Origin: Eledone cirrhosa
Taxonomy: Eukaryota
Reading direction: 5' to 3'
Assembly: GCA_964016885.1 (NCBI GenBank)
Contig: OZ024751.1
Coordinates: 25,048,001 to 25,112,000 of the forward strand
DNA: 64,000 bases
The translations under genes were made by a program, and so were the position numbers. Positions 1 to 12,513 of the stretch are shown here, piece by piece. Position 1 is the first letter of the stretch. The number at the start of each line of letters is the position of its first letter. The notes below the pieces were generated by a model. That model did no database searches. It worked only from the letters and a program-made list of their open reading frames with translations, and was not told the DNA's origin.

Positions 1-167
1 ATATATATATATTGAGTTTAAAACTCTTGTGTATGTGTCAATATATTCGTACCAATATTTGTGTGATATCAATGTCAGAAAGTTAAACAAGAGAAGTGAT
101 CGGATAAAGAAAGACTACTTGTCGGAAGTCAGAAATTTTTTGTGCGACCATATCGGTCTCTCACCCC

Positions 168-364
<197 letters not shown>

Positions 365-365
365 C

Positions 366-405
<40 letters not shown>

Positions 406-543
406 TATATATATATATATACTTATTGATAAGTGCGTACATTCATACATACGAATATACATACATACATGTCTTTCCACAGGTTTTAGTTTGTATATTA
501 ACATTGCCTAACTCTTTTATTAACGAATATAAATGCATGAATG

Positions 544-590
<47 letters not shown>

Positions 591-727
591 GATATATATG
601 TATATATAACTTCCCTGCCAGAGATCAATTGCAAATTCGTGGAACCGTGAGTAGGCATGAAAGAAATCTCCTTCTTTTCAGAAATAAATAATGTTGAGTA
701 TATATATTGAATTCGTCTTTTCTCCCC

Positions 728-806
<79 letters not shown>

Positions 807-997
807 AATCTATCCCCTCCCCCCTCTCTCTTTGTCTTGCACACACACACACATATAAATATATATAGTTGTAGACCCAAAAGTGAGAGCGTACTCAATC
901 TATGATATTTATATTTATTTACATACACACATTTTATTACATTTTGTATTTAACTAAATTTTTTTTTCCCCTTTGCCTGTATTCAAATAAATTATGT

Positions 998-1073
<76 letters not shown>

Positions 1074-1077
<4 letters not shown>

Positions 1078-1260
1078 GGCTTCTACATGACGAGATCCCT
1101 TTCATTCGTACAAAATCATCAGGAATGACCTCCTGGTGATTTCATACGAATGAAGGAAAAAGGTCTACTCCTGTAGAAGCCATTTCTATATTAAATATTG
1201 ATGTTTTCACTCTACTAATGTATTGAGTGCCTTATTTAGCCTCGAATTAACTGGGATATC
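1074..1260 (+). mobile_element. Family A (TA)n-embedded fold-back element, decayed hammerheads in both arms
   Basis: Inverted arms aaatggcttctaca/tgtagaagccattt; CTGGTGA at 1133-1139 and TCATCAG at 1116-1122; similar to 4721-4851 and 47735-47941. Confidence 0.7.
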
Positions 1261-1354
1261 TTTCTTTCTTCTTTTCTCTCTCTGTCTATTATATATATAT
1301 ATATATATTTCTTATTGGCAACATGACCCACCCAAAGTATAACAATATATATAT

Positions 1355-1393
<39 letters not shown>

Positions 1394-1400
1394 TATGTAT

Positions 1401-1489
<89 letters not shown>

Positions 1490-1622
1490 TATATATACAC
1501 ACACACACACCTACATATATATATATATATATATGTATGTATTTAAAAGGTAAAGAGAAATAACAACACAATCGGTATAGTATATGGAAGGAATATATTA
1601 GGTTAACGCTTGAAGTAGCAGA

Positions 1623-1658
1623 TCTTAACGTTTCGGACGCCAGGCGTTCACCAGAAGA
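1623..1658 (-). ncRNA. Minimal type I hammerhead motif (A6G, probably decayed)
   Basis: Minus strand tctt-CTGGTGA-acgcctggcgtcc-GAAA-cg-TT-aaga; stem I tctt/aaga; palindromic ACGT stem III typical of Penelope hammerheads. Confidence 0.6.
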
Positions 1659-1774
1659 AAGGATGAACAATTAAAAAGATTGAAGGGATGGGTGGGGTGG
1701 AATTGGAAAAAATGTCTTTAGATAAAAGTAACAGCTCCATTCATGTTGCTATATATATATATATATATATATTT

Positions 1775-1911
1775 TAAACCGAGATCATGATCCGAATAAT
1801 GTGAAACAATTATTATCGGAAATGGTGAACTAACTGTTGTGGTACTACTTCTGCCAAACTCGTCCCATGGACTGTGTGCTCTACTACTACGGATATAACC
1901 AACTAGCGTTC

Positions 1912-1912
<1 letters not shown>
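1775..1912 (+). mobile_element. Family F element, decayed copy
   Basis: ccgag-ATCATGA...GAAAcaattaTTatcgg followed by tail matching 5580-5677. Confidence 0.6.
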
Positions 1913-1945
<33 letters not shown>

Positions 1946-2343
1946 TGTATATTTTTGTAGTTACAAATTCAGGGCATTTCCACTCCTGTTGGAGGAACCC
2001 CTCCCTGGTTGACCTACCCCGCTTCCTATCTCAGGCCATACTGGGGCATGTTTGGCCGAGTTATTTTTGTAGTTACGTCTACATAATTATCCCTTCTAGT
2101 TCAATCATACTTATTAACGATGTCTTGTTTGTATTTGATATCCATAAAAATATCCATTAATGCATTATCGTTCGTCTTCTTCCCTTCCCACTTTCTCTCT
2201 ACAGCTGTTGCTGCTGCTGCTGCTGCTGCTCTTGTTGTTGGTGGTGTTGTTGTTGTTGTTGTTGATTTGCTGCCACCCACCTTTTGCTGCTGGGGCGATG
2301 TGTGGTTAAATGCAAACAAAACCTAAATAACATGAACTACGTC

Positions 2344-2386
<43 letters not shown>

Positions 2387-2391
<5 letters not shown>

Positions 2392-2475
2392 TGTTTTTAC
2401 TTTTAGCACAAGGACAGCAATTACCCAGTACATTACTGGTACTTTATTTTATCGACCCCGTAAGGATGAAAGGCA

Positions 2476-2477
<2 letters not shown>
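2387..2477 (-). mobile_element. tRNA-derived SINE 3' fragment in (TAA)n
   Basis: Matches 3' half of the SINE at 45073-45257. Confidence 0.8.
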
Positions 2478-2513
<36 letters not shown>

Positions 2514-2881
2514 TAACAAGAATAATAATAATGATAATAATAATAATAACAATAATGATGATGATAATGATGATGATGATAAATAAATAACTAAATAAAT
2601 GCAGTAGATAAGGAAAAGAACTGCTGTTGGTGAGGTTAGCAAAAAATATCTTATCTCTATCGGACACTTGTGATATGCTACCTTGAAGATCATCAACAAA
2701 CGTCACTAGCTTAAGTGGCATTTTGTCTTTGTTGTTCCTACAAATCATACATCCGCCATGTCAGCTGAATATTACTACCTATCATATCTTTCTCTCTCTC
2801 TCTTACAATCTATCTGCCTCTCTCTGTTTGTCTCTCTCTGTTTTTCTTTCTTTCTCTCCCCCTCTCTCGCAAACTATCTGC

Positions 2882-2957
<76 letters not shown>

Positions 2958-3422
2958 GCAACCTATCTGTTTCTCGCTCTATCTCATGCTCTTTCTATCA
3001 ACCTATCGGGCTATCTCTCTCATGTTTTCTCTATAAATCTATCTCTGTCTTTAGCTTACTCATTATCTTATTAATCTATCTCTATCCCTCCTTCCCCCTC
3101 ATTTACTCTCACTCTATCGTTTATGTTTATCTCTACCTTGTTCTCATGTCTCTTTCCCTCTTTCCATTCCATAAAATATTTATATCTTTCACTCTTTTCC
3201 CTCTCTCAACTACTTTATTTCTCAGCTATATGTTCACCCCCCTCTCAAAATCTTTATTTTTACCTCTATAATTGCCCCCCCCACCACCACCTCACCTCTC
3301 TTTTCATTGTCTCTGGCTCTTCTTTGATCACTCTTTCACATCTCGCAATACAATTGTCTAAATGTTGTAATATCGATGAATTGTAGAATATCGAGAAATA
3401 TATAGAGAAAGATAAAGGGGAA

Positions 3423-3528
<106 letters not shown>

Positions 3529-3606
3529 AAAAGTGAGAATGAGAAATTGAAAGTTAAATACGTATTCTGTCCACCGAATACATAATATATATATATATAT
3601 AATGTT

Positions 3607-3640
<34 letters not shown>

Positions 3641-3644
<4 letters not shown>

Positions 3645-3832
3645 AACAAGTAGGACCCCGACGGCTGAGCTCAACCCGTTTCGACAGCTAATTCAGTCCA
3701 GAATTAGCCGTCGAAACGGCTTGAGCTCAGCCGTCGGGCTCCTACTTGCTCCTATTACCCACTCTACTACCCTAAGTATTGAGTACTTTGGTGCGTTATG
3801 GTCCATCTGGTACCTTACCACATTTCCTTCGT

Positions 3833-3835
<3 letters not shown>
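3641..3835 (+). mobile_element. Family E fold-back element in (TA)n
   Basis: Inverted arms around ~3694; other copies at 4869-4975, 28194-28391, 35312-35420, 48225-48360, 57237-57451, 61074-61200. Confidence 0.8.
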
Positions 3836-3893
<58 letters not shown>

Positions 3894-3897
<4 letters not shown>

Positions 3898-4256
3898 GGA
3901 AAAAATGAAATTTCATTTCTCACTCTTAGTACGGCTGATACTTAAATATATGTATGTATACGTACATACATATATGTATACAGACGTACAGTAGTATGTA
4001 CATATATACATACATGTACACATATATATATATATGTACGTATGGGTTTACCGAACATTTATTATAATGCTCGGTTTGTTTGTAAACAAACAGCCCGAAT
4101 GTTTAGCCGTACAGTGTTCGGCAACCATCGTTGCCCTTTTGTTCAACACTGATAAAGGAACGATGAACTAGTTTCATCAGCACCGTATACCTTCCTGTCA
4201 GTCGATTGAATGTTTGAAAGTATATACTTTCCTTATGCATATTAACGGCTGAGCAT
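3894..4256. repeat. Family M dispersed repeat in (TA)n
   Basis: 3894-3950 and 4080-4256 are reverse-complement matches to 58652-58709 and 58758-58940. Confidence 0.75.
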
Positions 4257-4287
4257 ACATACTTATATATATATATATATATATATA

Positions 4288-4520
4288 GTGGTAGAACACT
4301 GGAAGGTAATATCCGTAGTGGTAGAGCACTCTGTCCATGGGACGAGTTAGGTAGAAGTGGTTACACAACAGTTAGTTCACCATACCGAGAACAATTATAT
4401 GTATATATATATATATATATATAGTGGTAGAACACTGGAAGGTAATATCCGTAGTGGTAGAGCACTCAGTCCATGGGACGAGTTAGGTAGAAGTGGTTAC
4501 ACAACAGTTAGTTCACCATA
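4288..4520 (-). mobile_element. Two tandem family F 3' fragments separated by (TA)n
   Basis: Near-identical ~97 bp copies starting at 4288 and 4424; reverse complement of 5572-5677. Confidence 0.75.
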
Positions 4521-4720
4521 GCCATTGTTAGCTTCAGTGAACCTTAAAAATCAGGAGTGGCACCCCAGGGTGAACTTGTCTATAGAATTCTTTCTGCCTT
4601 TGTTACTCTAAATATAGTTTTTAAAGAATTCCCTTTTCTTTAAACCCATCAACCATTGACATCCACCCATCCTAATCACCACCCTCTCATATAAATGTCA
4701 CCATATTACTTGGACAGTCA

Positions 4721-4769
4721 GTTTCCTGATGATTTCTTCCGAATGAAACAGTTTTAGTCCTGTAGAAGC
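4721..4769 (+). ncRNA. Type I hammerhead ribozyme motif, family A (element 4521-4851)
   Basis: gtttc-CTGATGA-tttcttccgaat-GAAA-cagttttagtcctg-TA-gaagc; stems gtttc/gaagc, ttc/gaa, Acag/ctgT. Confidence 0.8.
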
Positions 4770-5040
4770 CATTTCTATACTAAATATTTATACTCTGCTT
4801 TGTATTGAGTACCTTACTTACTGTGGTTACCCCAATTGAACCCGGGATAAACATATATATATATATATAACGAAGGAAGTGTGGTAAGGAACCAGGTGGA
4901 CCATAACGCACCAGAGTACTCAATACTTAGGGTAGTAGAGTGGGTAATAGGAAAAACCTCGACGGCAGAGTTTGTCTATTGTTACGATTTCTTTTCTTAT
5001 TGCTGTTGTTGTTAGTGGGGGAGTAAGTAATTGGTTGCGA

Positions 5041-5185
5041 GAAGCCACTGTTAGCTAACGCCGTATTATATTATGTCAAATATAGCCTTATTAGAGGAGA
5101 GGGTAGAGATTCTAGTACAGATATTATTTACGAAGTTTTTAAAAATAGTAGGAGGGTGGCATGAATCCTTTTGTATGTAATTAAG
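5041..5185 (-). pseudogene. Penelope-like (Naiad-like) reverse transcriptase thumb fragment
   Basis: YIQKDSCHPPTIFKNFVNNICTRISTLSSNKAIFD then, after a frameshift, NTALANSGF; resembles the Penelope thumb motif YxxxxSxHPPxIxK...RISxLSS...ALxxSG(Y/F). Confidence 0.7.
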
Positions 5186-5544
5186 TTCGAAAGCCATCAC
5201 TAAGTCCAAGCCAAACGCAAGGGGCAGTCTGTCTTGTGGACTGTATATTGAAGAAAGGATAAATATTCTAAGGCGATTAGGCAATAGCGATTGCCTAAAT
5301 TCATGAAATGAAATCTTCTCGTTTGTCCACATGTTTGGAAACACCCCTTGCATAACTACAAAGCTCCGGATTGAATAACAAAAACATTCTAATTTTCTAA
5401 TCAACTCGAACATCTTTTCCGGACTTTCGCAGTTATCTCCCTTCCACCTTTCGCCCGTGGTTTTGCATTGCTTGGGTGAAGTGACCGTTTCTGCGCATGT
5501 GCGTTCATACAGTTGTTCTTTCTGTTCGTATAACCATGACCAGT

Positions 5545-5584
5545 CCGAACTGAAGATGGCATAAGGTGAAACAATTGTTCTCGG
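5545..5584 (+). ncRNA. Minimal type I hammerhead motif, family F (element ~5400-5677)
   Basis: ccgaa-CTGAAGA-tggcataaggt-GAA-ACAATTGT-T-ctcgg; palindromic stem III; the 1778 copy has ccgag, which restores stem I; stem II is weak in this copy. Confidence 0.65.
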
Positions 5585-5689
5585 TATGGGGAACTAACTG
5601 TTGTTACTACTTCTACCAAACTCGTCCCATGGATTGAGTGCTCAACCACTACGGATATTACCTTCCAGTGTTCTACCTCTCTCTCTATC

Positions 5690-5778
<89 letters not shown>

Positions 5779-5781
<3 letters not shown>

Positions 5782-6032
5782 TTAAAATAAAAGATTAAAT
5801 TTAAGCAAAGAATCGCTGCTTTCACCCTTAACGGGATCTTCTGAAACTAAAAAAATCAATTGATTTTTTTAGTTTCAGAAGATCCCGTTAAGGGTGAAAG
5901 CAGCGATTCTTTGCTTAAACTTTAATCTGTTATTTTAATAAATATTTGCTCTACGGTTCTTATATATTTCATATATATTTATCCTTATCGAGCCCTCTTT
6001 GGATTTTAGTCTTCAAATTTATTATTATTACT
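5779..6032 (+). mobile_element. Family D spacerless fold-back element
   Basis: ~81 bp arms centred on tcaattga (5859/5860) plus unpaired 3' tail; copies or fragments at 14956, 20860, 24325, 25263, 28092, 37505. Confidence 0.85.
5871..5921 (+). ncRNA. Hammerhead-like motif with variant core CAGAAGA, family D
   Basis: agttt-CAGAAGA-tcccgttaagggt-GAAA-gcagcgattctttgc-TT-aaact; stems agttt/aaact, ccc/ggg, Agca/tgcT. Confidence 0.6.
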
Positions 6033-6350
6033 ATAAATAAATAAATATATAATAAATATATAAGATATATATATATATAAGATATATATATATATATTTA
6101 TATGTATATAGAAATATGATGTATATATTTATGTATATATATAAGCACCATATATATATGTATACAGAAACATCATGTATATATATTTATATGTATATAT
6201 ATAATATATATATATACATTTATATGTATATATATATAAAATGGTTTCTTATATTATAGGTATATATATTATATATTATATATATAAAATATAAACATTT
6301 CTATATATATATATATATACAATATATATATATTAATATGTATATATACT

Positions 6351-6383
<33 letters not shown>

Positions 6384-6404
6384 CATATATATTTATATGT
6401 ATAA

Positions 6405-8352
6405 TAGGGGTGGTTGTGGTGGTGGGGGGTCTAAACACAACCATTTTAAAGGAACCCTAATTCCACGGCATGCACAGAGTTTCAAGCAGTATTTTAAATG
6501 AAATATATGAAAATTAGGGTTATGTCACCCCTCGTACACCTCGCATAGATTCCCCCATAATTAAATACCCTCATTTTCTATATTAATCATATAATCTCTA
6601 AAACATATGCACATCTGATGAGTAAAGATAGCAAAAAGATAGATATATTAGGCAATTGGTAGGTAGGTACCCCTCCAACATGGTAAAATTACAACTTTTC
6701 AATATGTGTTAAATGAATTTGTTTTTAGAAAATGTATACGTTTGTTAAATGGTTTTCTTTTGTTTTTCAGATTATTACAGAGCTAAATTGTATTATAATT
6801 TTACAAAAATACTTACATTAATTTAAACCGTAATAATTTAAGTATATAAAATTATATAATTGTTTCTACCTTTTGGCACAAGGCCATAATGCCAACTAGA
6901 AGTAAAAGCCGTAATTCAGCATTTGGATTTCCTGCAGAGTTTCCTACAGCAAATGATCCCCTCAAAGGTTGATGTATTCCGACAATATTTATACATAAGA
7001 AAACGAAGAACAGATATCAAACATTTCACCCACAACGAAAGAATACTACCGGATTGTTGCTGCAGATGTGCAAACAATATGGGACACATTTTCTTTTCCT
7101 TTTATTGGGTTTGAGGGAATAGCACTAACAATTGAGAGATTGATTGAATCTGCTTATAGATTAAACAAAATACCTATCAAGCAAAGGGGGGATCATTTGG
7201 TAATATCCATCATACAAGGTGGTTAACACGTGCAAACAATTCTTCGCCTATATATTTCGGAAAAAAATCCCCTAAAGAATATTATGGATCCTGTTAAAAT
7301 CAACGTAAGTTTATGCTCCAAGCTGATTCTGGATTAACTCTCACCCAAAGTTACATGAAGGTGCAAGTAATGTTTGGTATATGGCACATCTAATGCTAGA
7401 TATGAATCAATATGATAAAGAAGTTATGGAGAAATCGTTAAAAACTAATTTATATTTTGCCCATCCGGAGAATATTTTACTGACTATGCTGAATGATGGA
7501 AGAAGACAAATTAGGGAAGTAGCAATTCAGCTAATTATTAAAAGCAATAACTTTTCCCCGAATGCCTCGTGAAGAATTAAGAAATTTTAAACTACCAGGC
7601 AAACTTAATTTTGAAGCACAGGATTATGTTGATTTGATTAACTGGGAAAATGAAGTTATAACATCCCCTACAGTTTTACGGAACTTTACAAATGTTGATC
7701 TTTTTAAAGCTCATTCAGGATCATTAAAATCAATACCTCTTCCATGTCATAGCAGAGGAGTCGAGCATGCTTTCAATTTAGTGACAAAAGTTCTGAAGTC
7801 AGAATAGGCTACGAAAATAGGCACAGATTTATATTAAATGTACAGAAATCAAGACAAAGTTTACCTCAATTTGACTGGAAAAGACAATGGTCATTTAATT
7901 AAATAGTAAATACTATTAATGCTTATTTTATGGTGTTCACTGTTCATGTGAGGTTCGTGCATAGGTTTATTTTATTGCTTATCATAATAGTCATTAAGAA
8001 TTTACATTATTTATACGTTGAAAGGATTTTTTATGAAAAAAAAAACTAATACAAACTATATAAATAAATAGATTCCAATAACTGTTTTTTTTTTCAGGTA
8101 GGGGAGGAGGTTGCATAGGATCCATAAAAAGTTATATACGCAATATTTAACAAGTACAAAGTTAATAGCATTAAAACAAGTTTACAGTTCCTAAGATGTT
8201 CAGTATTCAAAACGCTGAATTAGGAGGGGGGGGGGGTATGCGAGGCGTAAAGGTGAGTGCACATTTTTTAAAATTTGTTAATTTATTTCTCACACCAAAA
8301 TGAACACCAAGTAATATGTGGAATCAGAATATATAATTTCGACCCCCCACTA
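6405..8352 (+). mobile_element. Internally deleted DNA transposon, probably hAT superfamily (hATw/hATx-like)
   Basis: Inverted termini gtggggggtctaaa (6422) / ttcgaccccccacta (8338-8352); subterminal inverted motif tacacctcgcata / tatgcgaggcgta; transposase relic inside; TSD not clear. Confidence 0.7.
6889..7902 (+). pseudogene. Transposase relic (frameshifts, stop, catalytic core largely deleted)
   Basis: MPTRSK..GFPAEFP..SKVDVFR start; YFAHPENILLTML, RNFKLPGKLNFEAQDYVDLINW, PCHSRGVEHAFNLVT, SRQSLPQFDWK motifs. Confidence 0.75.
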
Positions 8353-9033
8353 ATGTGTGTATATAATACATATATATATTTATATGTATATATGTAATAT
8401 ATATATATTTATATGAATATATATAATATATATATATTTATATGTCTATATATATAATATATATATATATTTATATGTAGATATATAATATATATTTATA
8501 TGTATATATATAATATATATATATATTTATATGTATATATATATAATATATATATATATTTATATGTATATATATAATATATATATATATTTATATGTAT
8601 ATATATATATATATATATTTATTTATATGTATATATATATATAATATATATATATATATTTATAAATATATATATATTATATATATAAATATAAATATAT
8701 ATATATTATATATACACATATAAATATATATATATTATATGTATACATATAAATATATATATATAATATATATTTATATGTATATATATAATATATATAT
8801 ATATTTATATGTATATATATAATATATATATTTATTTATATGTATATATATAATATATATATTTATATTTATATATATAATATATATAAATTTATATGTA
8901 TATATATAATATATATATATTTATATGTATATATATAATATATATATATTTATATATATAATATATATATATTTATATGTATATATATATAATATATATA
9001 TATTTATATGTATATATATAATATATATATATA

Positions 9034-9131
<98 letters not shown>

Positions 9132-9140
9132 TACATTTAT
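8353..9140. repeat. AT-rich minisatellite (~24-28 bp, tatatatttatatgtatatatataa) grading into (TA)n
   Basis: Visible periodic units; the same motif is on the left of the transposon at 6040-6404. Confidence 0.85.
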
Positions 9141-9147
9141 ATATATA

Positions 9148-9429
9148 CTAGACCACCCGTGACCCGTCGGGTCACGTTCACTTCAAAATATTTCTTAAAA
9201 TTATGTTCGCTTACAAAATAATTTTTGAATAATTATAATATACACAAACATGTATATAATGTGAAATGGAAGGCTACATATATACATGTGGCGATGTATA
9301 TATATATAAATGTGTGTGTTTGTATACATATATATATATGTATGTGTGAGTGTATATATATATGTGGGTGTCTGTGATCTATATACACTGGTCATACACA
9401 CACACATACATATACACACATATATATAT

Positions 9430-9476
<47 letters not shown>

Positions 9477-9540
9477 CACAACAGCACCATCAGCTCTATC
9501 TCTCTTCCATTCTCCTTCGCTGTCGGCCTCTCCTTCTCTC

Positions 9541-9584
<44 letters not shown>

Positions 9585-9931
9585 GATGAAGGTACCAGGA
9601 AAATCCCCATATCTCGGGAAACCGTGCTTTGATTTATGCGAAATTTGTTTTATTCCATTTGTAATCCCATTTCAGGGGCAACTTCCTTTCAAAATATTTT
9701 CCGATTATGCGCCCTTTTGGCTGTATTACATCACAGACAAGCAAGCAAACAAGCAATCAAGAAAGCAAACAAGCAAGCAAGCAATCAGGCAATCAAGCAA
9801 GAAAACAAGCAAGCAAGCACAGAGTTTCGGTAATATACTAGTCAACCCGTGACCCGTTGGGTCACGTTCTCTTAAAAAACAATTTTAAGGTAAGTAACAT
9901 ATACACAGACATGTATATAATGTAAAATGGA
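9148..9931 (-). mobile_element. Head-to-tail non-autonomous Helitron-like elements
   Basis: Two minus-strand 3' termini, each a hairpin cgtgacccg/ygggtcacg, 6 nt, then CTAG-T (CTAG at 9148-9151 and 9838-9841), 690 bp apart with ~100 bp similarity. Confidence 0.65.
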
Positions 9932-10248
9932 ATTCGAAGTCCTATATAAGTCTGCGATCAGAATATTAAACTTAGCACTATTGGACATTGCTGAGTTTTT
10001 TCGTAACAGGTATTTGGAGGCCATGGGTTTAGTATGAGTGGAGAATTTGGGCCCTCTCGGCTATAGTGTTTATCCAGAGTTCCGTGTCTAATACAGGTAG
10101 CTATTATTAGGGGGTTTCGTAGGGTAGTCAACAGTTACAGTTATACTCTGGTGTATGGAGTTAGCTATCTGCGTCCGTGATGTTTGCTCTAATCTGATTA
10201 AACTATTTTTCACTGTGAACAATTTGTCAGCATTTTCTTTTCCGTTTA

Positions 10249-10250
<2 letters not shown>
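9932..10250 (-). pseudogene. Penelope-like reverse transcriptase fragment (domains 6-7 and thumb)
   Basis: [19 protein letters not shown] / [10 protein letters not shown] / HTKPMASKYLLRKNSAMSNSAKFNILIADLYR across two frameshifts. Confidence 0.75.
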
Positions 10251-10294
<44 letters not shown>

Positions 10295-10381
10295 AGTGGG
10301 TGATCCCGTTGAAATTATCTCATTAAGAATGCATTGAGTTCTAACAACGTTATCGGTCCCACTAGAAACATATGGATACCA

Positions 10382-10431
<50 letters not shown>

Positions 10432-10503
10432 ATGTATATATATATATACATATAAATATATATAAGTATAAGTACATACACATATGCACACACACACACA
10501 CAC

Positions 10504-10592
<89 letters not shown>

Positions 10593-11237
10593 GAGAGAGT
10601 GAGAGAGAGAGAGAGAGAGAGAGATAGCTGTGTGTGCCAGTGACAGTCATTTACTTGTGAAATAATTTGATCTATTATACATAACTATTTGAGGTAGAAA
10701 TATAATAAGCTCCGGTAGGAATCGAATCACAATGAAGTTATCGATCTAACCACCTACGTTACAGATGACACTGGTTTGTGTAGTCATATTTCAGGAGTAT
10801 ACTAGAATGTCAGAGAATATTCTATTTGAGAACTACATGTGATCCAGTCTCGATGACATCCGCCATGCAGCCATTAGTTGCTTCTGATAACTCCACATAT
10901 ATATATATATATATATATATAAGTTTATCCCAGGTTCAATCGGGAGGTAACCACTGTAAGTAAGGTACTCAATACAAAGAAGAGCATAAATATTTAATAT
11001 AGTAGAAAGAATGAGAAATAAGATAGATTGAGGGGACGGGCGAGATTGAATTGGAAAACATGTCTTTAGATAAAGATGACAGGTCCATTCATGTTGACAT
11101 CTCTTGCAAAGCTGTTGGTGCTGGCTTTTTGTGTATGATTTATATTTTAGAAAAGTGGATGATGGAGCGCGTCTACCTGAAATGGAAAAAAAAAACCGTT
11201 TTGTAAAAGGAGCTATACTTGTGCACGTGTGTAAGCA

Positions 11238-11282
<45 letters not shown>

Positions 11283-12423
11283 ATACGTCCGTACGAAGCT
11301 ATATATATATACATATACACGTATATACATATACACTCGAGCGTTTGTGTCTGCGAGAGAGAGGGAGTGAGCTAGAGAGAGGGAGAGAACTAGAAAAAGG
11401 GAGAGAGAGAGAGAGAGAGAGAGAGATTGGAAGAGAGTGAACTAAGGTTGCTAATATACACGAGAAAAAAAACTCAATGCGTAAAACATTGGAGTCTGAG
11501 TTAGGAAACGCTTGCTAAACCATTCAACCACACCAATATTTCAATATTAGCGTTAAAACGGAGAAATGATAATATTCCAAAGAAAATATAATTGTTGATG
11601 GTCATGAAGTGGTCAAGTTGGTCAAATATAATCCCCTTAAGGAGGGCAAAGTGTTTGTTCAGTCGAACAAGACACACGCGCTACCCACTGACCTCCTTTG
11701 ACCGTCTGACCGTCTGGCCTATGTTGATGTACATTACTGAGAGAGAAGCATGCCGCCTGATAAAAAATATAGCCGTCACAACTGAATCGTTAGCAAACAA
11801 TTTGAATGTTCCTGCTCCACCACTATCTCACTACATCCTTATGTTTTCTTTTGATAATGATAGAAAAGTATAATATTGTCTACGTGTATCGCAGTCGTTT
11901 GACATTAGAGCTTCTATCAACAACGGTGTTGAGTAAACAACTTTATGTTTGCAGTCACCATTGTCGTAAAATTCCCCTCCAACCATTTCTTTTTCTATTT
12001 CCTATAGTTTTTACGATCTGCGTTCAAATTCTGCTGAGTTCGGCTTTGTATTTCTGAATTTCGGAGTCTATAAAATAAAGTAGAGGTCCAGGATAGTGAA
12101 TTAAGGGAATTGATAAAGGGTCGGATGAAATGTCTTACAATATATGTTGTGGATTGGCAGAATTGTAAGAGCGTCGGATAAGATGCCTGGCTTTTTTGTT
12201 TCAGCTCATTGATTTTAAATTCATGCTGTGGACTTTTCAAATAGTAGGTTTAATCCGCCTGGATATCGGGTGCCTTTTAAGGATTTCACTATGTTGCTCG
12301 CATTCGAACCAGGCCTCTTGTTTGATCAAACTTATCTACTCTGCACGGCCCTGAAAAAATTCATAGGCACTGTCATTTTCTCCCTGAAAAGGTAATGAAC
12401 AAAACACTCACACACACACTCAC

Positions 12424-12513
<90 letters not shown>

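Noticed and set aside
4160-4205. Hammerhead in family M (CTGATGA on the minus strand, ACTAGT palindrome)
   Set aside because: CTGATGA overlaps the GAAA, no stem I or II can be built, and the 58820 copy does not conserve it.
11636-11770. Possible terminal exon on the minus strand after tatttttttatcag
   Set aside because: Short frames with no recognisable protein and no partner exons.
12255-12320. GIY-YIG endonuclease C-terminal motif GTRYPGGLN (minus strand)
   Set aside because: Fits the Penelope TxxPxGLN pattern but is too short and frameshifted to call without a search.
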